Positions 10,890-18,981 of a stretch of DNA of 64,000 bases are shown here, piece by piece. Both the position numbers and the translations under genes were made by a program. Where the stretch lies: the NCBI GenBank assembly GCA_031406795.1, contig JANOHV010000072.1, forward strand, positions 457-64,456, written 5' to 3'. Within the stretch, counting starts at the first letter, position 1. The number at the start of each line of letters is the position of its first letter. The notes beneath the pieces were generated by a model. That model saw only the letters and a program-made list of their open reading frames with translations. It was not told the DNA's origin and did no database searches. The DNA is from Candidatus Rokuibacteriota bacterium (lineage in GTDB: Bacteria; JAUVQV01; DATDCY01).

Positions 10890-12983
10890 TCAGCGGATGA
10901 CGTATCCCAGCGGAATCGTGCCCGCAAACCCGAAGAACACCCGCCCGAGCCCTGCCGCGCTCCTGGCCAGATCCCATTCTCCGACGCGTGCCGTATAGAG
11001 ACCGACGTCGTCCCTGCCGTCGCAGTCGAAGTCGCCGACGACCGGTTCAGCCGCAGTGGTCCAATTCGCCTGCCAGAAACCCTCAGTGCTCTTGAAGAGA
11101 AACATCCGCCCGAACTGGGCAGGCACCGAATCGTAGAGACCGATGTCGTCGCGGCCGTCACCGTCGAAATCGCCCACGAAAGGGATGGTCCCCGGGTAGC
11201 CGAATGCGGTCTCAGAGTACCCCTTCGTGCTCTTGAAAAGGTGCCAGGCGCCGGCGGGCGGATAGTAGACGCCGAAGTCGTCGCGGCCGTCGCCGTCGAA
11301 ATCGCCCACGACCGGGATGGTCCCGGCGAAGCCGAATCGGGTCTCGAAGAACCCCTCCGCGCTCTTGAAAAGGTACCAGGCGCCGGCGGGCGGATAGTAG
11401 ACGCCGAAGTCGTCGCGGCCGTCGCCGTCGAAATCGCCGACGACCGGAAGAGTGCCCTCGTAGCCGAATTGGGTTTGCCAGAATCCTTCCGTGCTCCTGA
11501 AGATATACCAGTTCCCCAGCGGCGGGTAGAAAGCACCGACATCGGCCCGCCCGTCGCCGTCGAAATCTCCGGTGACGGGAATCGTGCCTGCGAAGCCGAA
11601 CGGGGTCGTCCAATACCCCTCCTGGCTCCGATACTGGAACCAGGTGCTGCTCGCGGGATCATAGCAGCCGATCTCCGAACAGCCGTCGCCGTCGAAATCG
11701 TTCACTCTTCTGGTCTCTCCCCGGGGTCCCTGCGTGGTCACGGTGAAGGCGCCGCTGGTGTCCCCGATCGTCAGCGTGGCGCTCGCCGCCGTCGCGGGGC
11801 TGGCCGACGAGACCAGTCTCAGCTTGACGTTGTTGCCGTTGTTCACCGTTCCCGGCAGGCTGGTGTAAGCACCGCCGTCGACCGAGTATTCGCCGGCCGC
11901 GACGGAAATTGGCGCCGAAGAGCAGATGCCGCTCACGTGGATTTCTGCAGTCGCGGCCGCAACGCTGTTGACGGCCGCTCCCGTGCGATTCAGGAAGACG
12001 AACGGGTCGGGCGTCGCCGGCGTGCAGCTGCGGCGAAGGATCGTGCCGCCGTTGCCGACGACAAAGAGGTCCAGGGACGAGGAGCCCCAGATCCCCGCGA
12101 GTTTCACCGATGTCCCGGAAACCATGGGCGACGACGCCGTCCCATTGAAGTGGACGATCCTGCCGCCGTCGCCGCAGAGATAGATGTCGTTCGGCGATAG
12201 GCCCCAGGCATCGCCTCCCGCAAGGAGACCGCCCACCTTCGTCCACGCCGATCCATCGTAATGCAGCCCGAGTCCGAATGCGTAAATGTCGCTCGACGAG
12301 GAGCCCCAAATATCCCCTAACCCCCCCGATGTTTGGGAGACCATGGTCGTCCACGCCGATCCGTCATAGTGCAGGATAAGAAAATGGGAGGCACCGAGCT
12401 GCGCGTTTTGATCGATGTCCTGGTAAAAGCCGGCAACGAACACGTTGCTTGACGATGTGCCCCAGATCGATCCGAAGATGGTGTTAGAGGGCAGACGTGT
12501 TCCGTCCACTATCATTGTCATTGGCAGCCACGTCGAACCGTCAAAGTGCAGGAGGATCGTGTGGAAGAAGCCAACGGCGAAGACGTCGCTCGCCGACGAG
12601 CCCCAGATTGCCGTGAGAGGTCCAGTTGTGCCGGAGGGTATGGCCGACCACATCGAGCCGTCGAAGTGCAGGATCGTGCCGCCGTTGCCGATGGCGAAGA
12701 CATCGTTCGCCGACGAGCCCCAGATTGCCCAGAGATCTGCCGTTGTGCCGGATGCCATTGACGACCACGTCAAGCCGTCAAAGTGCTGGATTGTGCCCTG
12801 GGTGCCCACGGCGAAGACGTCGCTCGCGGACGAGCCCCAAATAGCCGTGAGATGTTGCGTGGTGCCGGAGGGCATGGCCGCCCAATCGGCCCCCCCCGAT
12901 ACATCCGCCATAGTAAGCAGGACCAGGCAAGCAATGCACGCGACAACGAACGCTCTGGTTTTCATGCGGACGCTCCTTTTCAT
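10890..12983 (-). CDS. Secreted beta-propeller-like / Ig-like / FG-GAP (VCBS) repeat protein, paralogue 1
   Basis: Signal peptide, then about 7 repeats of W/IWGSSASDVFAVGxxGTILHFDGSxWS (propeller-like), a beta-sandwich segment, then about 6 FG-GAP/VCBS repeats (GDFDGDGRDDxGxYYPPxGxWxxF). Start at M12 (ATG 12983, GAGGAG RBS) or M18 (12965); the ORF is open to 13016. Confidence 0.85.
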   Translation of the reverse strand: MKRSVRMKTRAFVVACIACLVLLTMADVSGGADWAAMPSGTTQHLTAIWGSSASDVFAVGTQGTIQHFDGLTWSSMASGTTADLWAIWGSSANDVFAIGNGGTILHFDGSMWSAIPSGTTGPLTAIWGSSASDVFAVGFFHTILLHFDGSTWLPMTMIVDGTRLPSNTIFGSIWGTSSSNVFVAGFYQDIDQNAQLGASHFLILHYDGSAWTTMVSQTSGGLGDIWGSSSSDIYAFGLGLHYDGSAWTKVGGLLAGGDAWGLSPNDIYLCGDGGRIVHFNGTASSPMVSGTSVKLAGIWGSSSLDLFVVGNGGTILRRSCTPATPDPFVFLNRTGAAVNSVAAATAEIHVSGICSSAPISVAAGEYSVDGGAYTSLPGTVNNGNNVKLRLVSSASPATAASATLTIGDTSGAFTVTTQGPRGETRRVNDFDGDGCSEIGCYDPASSTWFQYRSQEGYWTTPFGFAGTIPVTGDFDGDGRADVGAFYPPLGNWYIFRSTEGFWQTQFGYEGTLPVVGDFDGDGRDDFGVYYPPAGAWYLFKSAEGFFETRFGFAGTIPVVGDFDGDGRDDFGVYYPPAGAWHLFKSTKGYSETAFGYPGTIPFVGDFDGDGRDDIGLYDSVPAQFGRMFLFKSTEGFWQANWTTAAEPVVGDFDCDGRDDVGLYTARVGEWDLARSAAGLGRVFFGFAGTIPLGYVIR

Positions 12984-13166
12984 GCGGACGCTCCTCGTTC
13001 CGGGCGAAGGAGGCACGGAAAGTCAGACATAGTGTAGCACACGACGGTTGCGTTGGACTTGCCCCACGGTGAAGAGGATGTTAAGGATTTGCCTCATCGC
13101 TGTCCCCGACGATGGGTGTTGCCCATATTCCCACCAAAGAGTATATTTGTTGTGGAGGTGGTGAAT

Positions 13167-13436
13167 GTGCTTCTAAAAACTGATGAACGTCGGCGTATTA
13201 CGATCCCACCCGAGGCCGGCATCAGCCCCGGGGAGACTGTTGACTTGGAGGTTCTGCCGGACGGCCGGGTGCTGCTCGTCCCCATGGTAACGATTCCCAA
13301 GCATCAGCTTTGGGCGTGGACTCCGGAGAACCGGAAGAAGGTCGCCGATTCGCTTGCTGACCCACGACTGTCGACGGTCGTCACGACGAAGGCAGATCTC
13401 AAGAAACTCGCCAAGGACTGGGATCTTGAGGATTGA
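13167..13436 (+). CDS. AbrB/MazE/SpoVT-family antitoxin
   Basis: Looped-hinge-helix signature VLLKTDERRRITIPPEAGISPGETVDLEVLPDGRVLLVP. GTG start at 13167 is preceded by GGAGG (13155-13159). Stop TGA at 13434-13436 overlaps the toxin start. Local GC is about 55%, well below neighbouring genes. Confidence 0.7.
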   Translation: MLLKTDERRRITIPPEAGISPGETVDLEVLPDGRVLLVPMVTIPKHQLWAWTPENRKKVADSLADPRLSTVVTTKADLKKLAKDWDLED

Positions 13437-13728
13437 ACTTCGACCATCGTTCAAGGAGGAGGTCCGGAGATCAGATTTGCCCGTACGTCGTGCTGTATTG
13501 AAAACCATCGAATTGCTCTCCGCTATCCCGGACATCTCAATCCTCGGCGACCATCATGGCCTGCGATTCGAGAAGATTCACGGCTTCATCGAACCTTCGA
13601 GTGGCAGGCAGATTCATTCCATTCGGGTCACTCGCGGCGTCCGGGCCCTGTGTTGTCTTGATGAGGGACCCACAATCATTCTCGTGAGTCTGCATGCCCA
13701 GCACGACAAGGCCTATCGGAAAAACTGA
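13426..13728 (+). CDS. RelE/ParE-superfamily type II toxin
   Basis: About 100 aa with the C-terminal pattern RALCCLDEGPTIILVSLHAQHDKAYRK (R..l..de...i.il.i.H....Y) typical of ParE/RelE toxins. A TTG start at 13426 overlaps the antitoxin stop, as is classic for TA pairs; the ORF is open from 13354. Confidence 0.65.
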   Translation: MRIELRPSFKEEVRRSDLPVRRAVLKTIELLSAIPDISILGDHHGLRFEKIHGFIEPSSGRQIHSIRVTRGVRALCCLDEGPTIILVSLHAQHDKAYRKN

Positions 13729-13791
13729 TCCTGAGCGCCTGCTCTGCCCGCTGCCGCGGGCACCCCTTGGGCAGCTCTTCCCGTTGCGGCC

Positions 13792-15876
13792 TCAGCGGAT
13801 GACGTATCCCAGGGGAATCGTGTCCGGAAACCCGAAGAACAGCCGCTTGAGCCCTTCCGCACTCTTGACCAGATCCCATGCTCCGACGCGTCCCGTATAG
13901 AGACCGATGTCGTCCTTGCCGTCGCAGTCGAAATCGCCGACGACCGGTTCAGCCGCAGGGGTCCACCCCGCCTGCCGGAAACCCTCGGTGCTCTTGAAGA
14001 TAAAGATCCACCCGAATTGGGGATCCGCCTGATCGTAACAACCGATGTCGTCGCGGGCGTCACCGTCGAAATCGCCCACAAAGGGGATGGTTCCCGGGTA
14101 TCCGAATGCGGTCTCAGAGTACCCCTCCGTGCTCTTGAAGAGGTGCCATTTCCCGAGCGGCGCATAGTAGCAGCCGAAGTCGTCGCGGCCGTCGCCGTCG
14201 AAATCGCCCACGACCGGGACTGTCCCGGCGAAGCCGAATCGGGTCTCGAAGAACCCCTCCGTGCTCTTGAACAGGTACCAGGCGCCGGCGGGCGGATAGT
14301 AGACGCCGAAGTCGTCGCGGCCGTCGCCGTCGAAATCGCCGACGACCGGGAGAGTGCCCTCGTAGCCGAATTGGGTTTGCCAGAATCCTTCCGTGCTCTT
14401 GAAGATGTACCAGTTCCCCAGCGGCGGGTAAAAAGCACCAACATCGGCCCTCCCGTCGCCGTCGAAGTCTCCGGTGATGGGAATCGTCCCCGCGAAGCCG
14501 AACGGGGTCGTCCAATACCCCTCCTGGCTCCGATACTGGAACCAGCTGCTGCTCGCGGGATCATAGCAGCCGATCTCCGAACAGCCGTCGCCGTCGAAAT
14601 CGTTCACCCTTCTGGTCTCTCCCCGGGGGCCCTGCGTGGTCACGGTGAAGGTGCCGCTCGTGTCCCCGATCGTCAGCGTGGCGCTCGCCGCCGTCGCGGG
14701 GCTGGCCGACGAGACCAGTCTCAGCTTGACGTTGCTGCCGTTGCTCACCGTTCCCGGCTGGCTTGTGTAAGCACCGCCGTCGACGGAGTATTCGCCGGCC
14801 GCGACGGAAATTGGCGTCGAAGAGCAAATGCCGCTCACGTGGATTTCTGCGGCGGCCACAACGCTGTTCACCGCCGCTCCCGTGCGATTCAGGAAGACCA
14901 ACGGGGCGGGCGTCGCCGCCGTGCAGAGGCGGCGAAGGATCGTGCCGCCGTTGCCGACGACGAAGAAGTCCGCGGCTGAGGAGCCCCAGATTCCATCGAG
15001 AATCGCCGTAGTCCCGGAGACCAAGGGAGACCACGCTGTCCCATTGAAGTGGACGATCACTCCGCCCCCGCCGCAGACATAGATGTCGTTCGACGATATG
15101 CCCCATGCGGAAGTTCCAGCAGGAAGACCGTCGACCTTCGTCCATGCCGCTCCATCGTAATGCAGCCCGAGTCCGAACGCGTAGATGTCGCTCGACGAGG
15201 AGCCCCAGATTACCCCTCTAGGCGCCACCGGTGTAGTCGTCGTTTCGGCCATAGTGGTCCACGCCGATCCGTCATAGTGCTCAATAAAAGATCGGTAACC
15301 AGCGATTCCCTGGGTTTGATTCAGGATAGCGGCAGTGCCAGTAGCGAACACGTCGCTCGCCGAGGAGCCCCAAATTCCATAGAGAGATGCCGATCCGAAT
15401 GAAGTCATTGGCACCCACGTCGAACCGTCATAGTGCACGATCGTGTAGCCGTCGCCAACGGCGAAGACATCGCTCGCCGACGAACCCCAGACTCCCCTGA
15501 GAGGTCCTGTTGTGCCGGAGGTCATGGCCGACCATGCCGATCCGTTATAGTGCAGGATCGTGCCGTTGGGAAAGTTGCCGCCGACGGCGAAGACATCGTT
15601 CGCAGCCGCGCCCCAAATTGCATGGAGATCTGCCGTTGTGCCGGAGGCCATGGCCGACCACGTCGAGCCGTCAAAGTGCAGGATCGTGCCGCCGAGGCCG
15701 ACGGCGAAGACATCGCTCGCGGACGAGCCCCAAATGCCCTTAAGATTTTGCGTTGTGCCGGAGGTCATGGGCGCCCAATCGGCGCCCCGCGACACACCCG
15801 CCATGGTAACCAAAGTCAGGCAAGCAATACCCGCGACAACGAACGCCTTGATTTTCATGCGGACGCTCCTTTTCAT
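13792..15876 (-). CDS. Secreted beta-propeller-like / Ig-like / FG-GAP (VCBS) repeat protein, paralogue 2
   Basis: Same architecture as 10890..12983 and near-identical in sequence at the N-terminal signal peptide (MKRSVRMKIKAFVV...) and across the C-terminal FG-GAP region. Start at ATG 15876 or 15858; the ORF continues to 16260 but the upstream part is Pro/Arg/Ser-rich non-coding translation. Confidence 0.85.
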   Translation of the reverse strand: MKRSVRMKIKAFVVAGIACLTLVTMAGVSRGADWAPMTSGTTQNLKGIWGSSASDVFAVGLGGTILHFDGSTWSAMASGTTADLHAIWGAAANDVFAVGGNFPNGTILHYNGSAWSAMTSGTTGPLRGVWGSSASDVFAVGDGYTIVHYDGSTWVPMTSFGSASLYGIWGSSASDVFATGTAAILNQTQGIAGYRSFIEHYDGSAWTTMAETTTTPVAPRGVIWGSSSSDIYAFGLGLHYDGAAWTKVDGLPAGTSAWGISSNDIYVCGGGGVIVHFNGTAWSPLVSGTTAILDGIWGSSAADFFVVGNGGTILRRLCTAATPAPLVFLNRTGAAVNSVVAAAEIHVSGICSSTPISVAAGEYSVDGGAYTSQPGTVSNGSNVKLRLVSSASPATAASATLTIGDTSGTFTVTTQGPRGETRRVNDFDGDGCSEIGCYDPASSSWFQYRSQEGYWTTPFGFAGTIPITGDFDGDGRADVGAFYPPLGNWYIFKSTEGFWQTQFGYEGTLPVVGDFDGDGRDDFGVYYPPAGAWYLFKSTEGFFETRFGFAGTVPVVGDFDGDGRDDFGCYYAPLGKWHLFKSTEGYSETAFGYPGTIPFVGDFDGDARDDIGCYDQADPQFGWIFIFKSTEGFRQAGWTPAAEPVVGDFDCDGKDDIGLYTGRVGAWDLVKSAEGLKRLFFGFPDTIPLGYVIR

Positions 15877-16003
15877 GCGGACGCTCCTCGTCCGGGACGA
15901 AGGAGGCGTGACATGTCGAACATAGTATAGCAGACGACGGTTGCGTTGGACTTGCCCCACGGTGCCTGACTGCGGGACTGACGGGGAACTCGACTGCGTG
16001 GGA

Positions 16004-17002
16004 CTATGCCAACATCGTCCCTGCCGGCACGGCGCGTCCCCTGAGGAACTCCGGCGCCGGCAGCGGCTTTTTCCCTTCGGTCTGCACGGTGAGCACCGCG
16101 ACCGCCTCGCCGTTGCCGCAGGCGACGAGCAGGCCCTCGTGCAGCGAGGCGGCGAGGACGGTGCCGGGCTCGACCGCGGACGAGCGAGATGGTGACCCAG
16201 CGGCGCCCGCGCGCGACGCTGCGGCGCTCGATCCCGGTGACGCTCCCGGTCGGGCTGCATCAGCCACCTTCCAGATCTTCAGCGGCTTGCCGTCGAGGTG
16301 CGTGTACGCGCCCGGCCAGGGGTTGACCCCGCGCACAAGGTTCACGATTTCCCGCGCGCCGCGCCGCCAGTCGATCAGGCCGTCCTCCTTGCGCAGCTTC
16401 GGGGCAATGGTCGCGAGCGTTTCGTCCTGCACGCGCGGCTGCACGATCCCCGAGGTCAGTCCGTCGAGCGTCACGACGAGCAGCCCCGCGCCCAGCTCCG
16501 CGAGGCGCGTGGTGACCTCCCCCGCGGTCTCCTCCGGGCCGATCGGCGTGCGCCGCTGCAGCAGCACCGGCCCGGCGTCCATCCGCGAGGCCAGCAGCAT
16601 CGTCGTCACGCCGGTTTCGGCGTCGCCGTTGATGATCGCGCGGTTCACCGGCGCCGCGCCGCGGTAGGCCGGCAGCAGCGAGCCGTGGACGTTGATCGCG
16701 CCGCGCGGGTGCAGCGCGAGCAGCCAGTCGGGGATCTTCAGGCCGTAGGCGACGACGACCGCCGCCTCGGCCCCGGCCTGCTCGAAGACCGGGCGCATGG
16801 AAGTTTCGTCGAGCGCCTCGGGCTGGAGCACCGGGAGGCCGAGGCGGTTCGCCAGCGTCTTCACCGGCGGCTCGGCGAGGTGCCGGCCGCGCCCCTTCGG
16901 CCGGTCGGGCTGGGTCAGCACGAGGGCGACGTCGAAGCGGCGGGCGAGAACCTCCAGCGAGGGGACGGCGAACTCCGGCGTCCCGAGAAAGACGACGCGC
17001 AC
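16004..17002 (-). CDS. fmt: Methionyl-tRNA formyltransferase
   Basis: MRVVFLGTPEFAVPSLEVL ... formyltransferase core (HGSLLPAYRGAAPVNRAIINGD) and a C-terminal Fmt domain; 332 aa, immediately downstream of def. Confidence 0.95.
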   Translation of the reverse strand: MRVVFLGTPEFAVPSLEVLARRFDVALVLTQPDRPKGRGRHLAEPPVKTLANRLGLPVLQPEALDETSMRPVFEQAGAEAAVVVAYGLKIPDWLLALHPRGAINVHGSLLPAYRGAAPVNRAIINGDAETGVTTMLLASRMDAGPVLLQRRTPIGPEETAGEVTTRLAELGAGLLVVTLDGLTSGIVQPRVQDETLATIAPKLRKEDGLIDWRRGAREIVNLVRGVNPWPGAYTHLDGKPLKIWKVADAARPGASPGSSAAASRAGAAGSPSRSSAVEPGTVLAASLHEGLLVACGNGEAVAVLTVQTEGKKPLPAPEFLRGRAVPAGTMLA

Positions 17003-17006
17003 CGGG

Positions 17007-17522
17007 CTAGTCTTCTTCGCGCTCGGCGAGGGCTTTCTTCAGCTTCTTCTTCGCGACTTCGCGGCGGTACGGGCTGAGCCGGTCGATGAAGAGCGTCCCC
17101 TCGAGATGGTCGATTTCGTGCTGGAGCGCGCGGGCGAGCAGGTCTTCGCCGCGCACTTCGACGGGGTGCCCGTGCCGGTTGTGGCCGCGGACCCCGACGC
17201 GACGCGCCCGCTTGACCTTGGCCGAGTAGTCCGGGACGCTCAGGCAGCCCTCCTCGAGCTCGGTCTCGTCCTCGGTCTCGAACAGTTCCGGGTTGGCCAG
17301 CACGATGACTTCGCCGGGCTCGGTGTCCGAGGAGGTGTCGATGACCAGCAGCCGCTTGGAGACGCCGACCTGGGGGGCGGCCAGGCCGATGCCCGGCGCC
17401 GCGTACATCGTCTCGAGCATGTCCTCGATGAGCTGCTGCAGCTCGTCGCCGAATTCCTCGACGGGCGCGGCCTTGCGGCGCAGCACATCGTCCGGCCAGG
17501 TGAGGATTCTCCGTACCGCCAT
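17007..17522 (-). CDS. def: Peptide deformylase
   Basis: MAVRRILTWPDD ... GIGLAAPQVG ... EGCLSVPD ... HEIDHLEG, the three PDF motifs. Start ATG 17522; the ORF is open to 17927 but the upstream part is non-coding. Confidence 0.95.
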   Translation of the reverse strand: MAVRRILTWPDDVLRRKAAPVEEFGDELQQLIEDMLETMYAAPGIGLAAPQVGVSKRLLVIDTSSDTEPGEVIVLANPELFETEDETELEEGCLSVPDYSAKVKRARRVGVRGHNRHGHPVEVRGEDLLARALQHEIDHLEGTLFIDRLSPYRREVAKKKLKKALAEREED

Positions 17523-17589
17523 CAGCGCGCCCCCGGGTAAAGTTCGCTGGAAAAATAACCACCGCAGGCGCGAAAAGCAAGCAGCGGGT

Positions 17590-18738
17590 TCATCCGGCGC
17601 GGCCCGGCGGCGCGAGCAGCTCGCCGTAGAGCCGTTCGGTCTGCGCCACGGTCGCCTCGATCCGGTAGGCGTCCTCGATGCGCTTTCTGGCCAGCGCCCC
17701 CATCTCGCGCCGCCGCATCGGCCAGGCGGCGAGTTCGGCGAGGGCGCGGGCGAGCGCCCCGGCGTCGCCGGGCGGAACGACCAGCGCCTCGCGGCCGTCG
17801 ACGACCATTTCGGGCACGGCGCCGACGGCGGTCGCCACGGTCGGCAGGCCGGCGGCCATCGCCTCCAGCAGCGCGTTGGGCATCCCCTCCACGAGCGAGG
17901 GGAGGGCGAAGATGTCCGCGCCGGCATACAGGAGCCAGGGGTCCGGGAGTGGTCCGAGAAAGCGCACGAACGGGCCCAGTCGCAACGCCTCGACCATGGC
18001 CACGAGCGAGCGGCGGGCGGGCCCGTCGCCCGCCAGCAGCAGCCGCGCGGTCGGGTGGACCTTGAGCAGCGCGTGGAAGGCGCCGACGAGGTGTGCGATG
18101 CCCTTCTCCTCGTGAAGGCGGCCCACGGAGGCGATCGCCAGGTCGGTCGGGAAGAGCCCGAGCCGCTTGCGCGCCTCGTCCCGCCCGAGTGCGAGCGCCG
18201 CGTCGGCCGCCGCGAGGTCGATGCCGTTCGGGATCACCACGCAGCGGCCGGGCTCCACCCCGAGCCGCTGCTGCAGGGCCGACGCGAGCCCGGCTGACTG
18301 CAGATGAAAGCGGGTGACCCGCGAACGGGTCCACCGGTCGGCGCGCAGCAGCCAGCCGCGGTCGGCCTCGGTGCTGCTGCGGTAGGAGTTGACGATCGCC
18401 CGCGCCCCGACGCGTCGCGCCGCCAGCCTCCCGAGCAAATGGGCCCGGAAGAGGAAGGAGTGGACGATGTCGAAACTCCGCCCGCCGAGCAGCCCCGGCA
18501 GCCGCCGGGCTTCCAGCAGGAGTTCGAGTGTCGCGAAGGCCCCGGTCTCGTCGCCGACCCCGGGCGAGAGCACTTCGACGCCGAGGCCGCGGATGCGCTC
18601 GGCGATTTCGCCCGGCGGCTTGAGCGAGACCACGGTCGGCTGCCAGCGCGAACGATCGAGCCGCCCCAGCAGCTGCCAGAGCGCGAGTTCCGACCCGCCG
18701 ACGCCGCTCGAGGTGATCAGGTAGAGCACTCGTGCCAT
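17590..18738 (-). CDS. Glycosyltransferase family 4 (RfaG-like)
   Basis: GT-B fold. The N-domain starts MARVLYLITSSGVGGSE; the C-domain carries the EGMPNALLEAMAAGLPTVAT motif (E-x7-E). Start ATG 18738. Confidence 0.85.
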   Translation of the reverse strand: MARVLYLITSSGVGGSELALWQLLGRLDRSRWQPTVVSLKPPGEIAERIRGLGVEVLSPGVGDETGAFATLELLLEARRLPGLLGGRSFDIVHSFLFRAHLLGRLAARRVGARAIVNSYRSSTEADRGWLLRADRWTRSRVTRFHLQSAGLASALQQRLGVEPGRCVVIPNGIDLAAADAALALGRDEARKRLGLFPTDLAIASVGRLHEEKGIAHLVGAFHALLKVHPTARLLLAGDGPARRSLVAMVEALRLGPFVRFLGPLPDPWLLYAGADIFALPSLVEGMPNALLEAMAAGLPTVATAVGAVPEMVVDGREALVVPPGDAGALARALAELAAWPMRRREMGALARKRIEDAYRIEATVAQTERLYGELLAPPGRAG

Positions 18739-18981
18739 AGGGACGGCATTGTAGCGGTTTTCTTGACAGCGGAGCGACCTCGCCCCTACAATCCGCATGT
18801 TTTCGACGGGATGGCTGACGAGATGCCGATAACTTTTTACACGGACAGATTGTTTAGAAAGGTCCAGGTGCAAGGCGCGCGAGCCCTGAGGAATGAGGCG
18901 TACGAGTAGTACGCCGCAGTGACGAAGGGCGAAGCGCAACGCCGCAGATGGGCCTTTCTAAACAATCTGCAACGGAGGATC

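Noticed and set aside
10100-11662. 520-aa minus-strand ORF with internal repeats (ISTATAATTSASTIRPPAPGT) overlapping the MCP 3' end and the FG-GAP gene
   Set aside because: The repeat periodicity is simply the FG-GAP repeats read in the wrong frame. The ORF overlaps two strongly supported genes.
12445-13032. 195-aa plus-strand ORF with repeated ...EPSKC... motif inside FG-GAP paralogue 1 (similar ORFs occur inside paralogue 2)
   Set aside because: It is an antisense reflection of the propeller repeat periodicity of the real minus-strand gene, with no independent signals.
13745-13791. Hairpin CTGCCC(GCTGCCGCGGGCACCCCTT)GGGCAG downstream of the toxin gene considered as an intrinsic terminator
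   Set aside because: The stem is only 6 bp with a large GC-rich interior and a poor U-tract (CTCTTCCCGTT). It may be a weak terminator, but it is not called as a feature.
16004-16260. N-terminal 128-aa extension of the FG-GAP paralogue 2 ORF reaching into fmt
   Set aside because: The extension is Pro/Arg/Ser-rich, overlaps the fmt 3' end on the same strand in another frame, and lies upstream of the duplicated RBS-ATG unit shared with paralogue 1. The true start was placed at 15876 or 15858.
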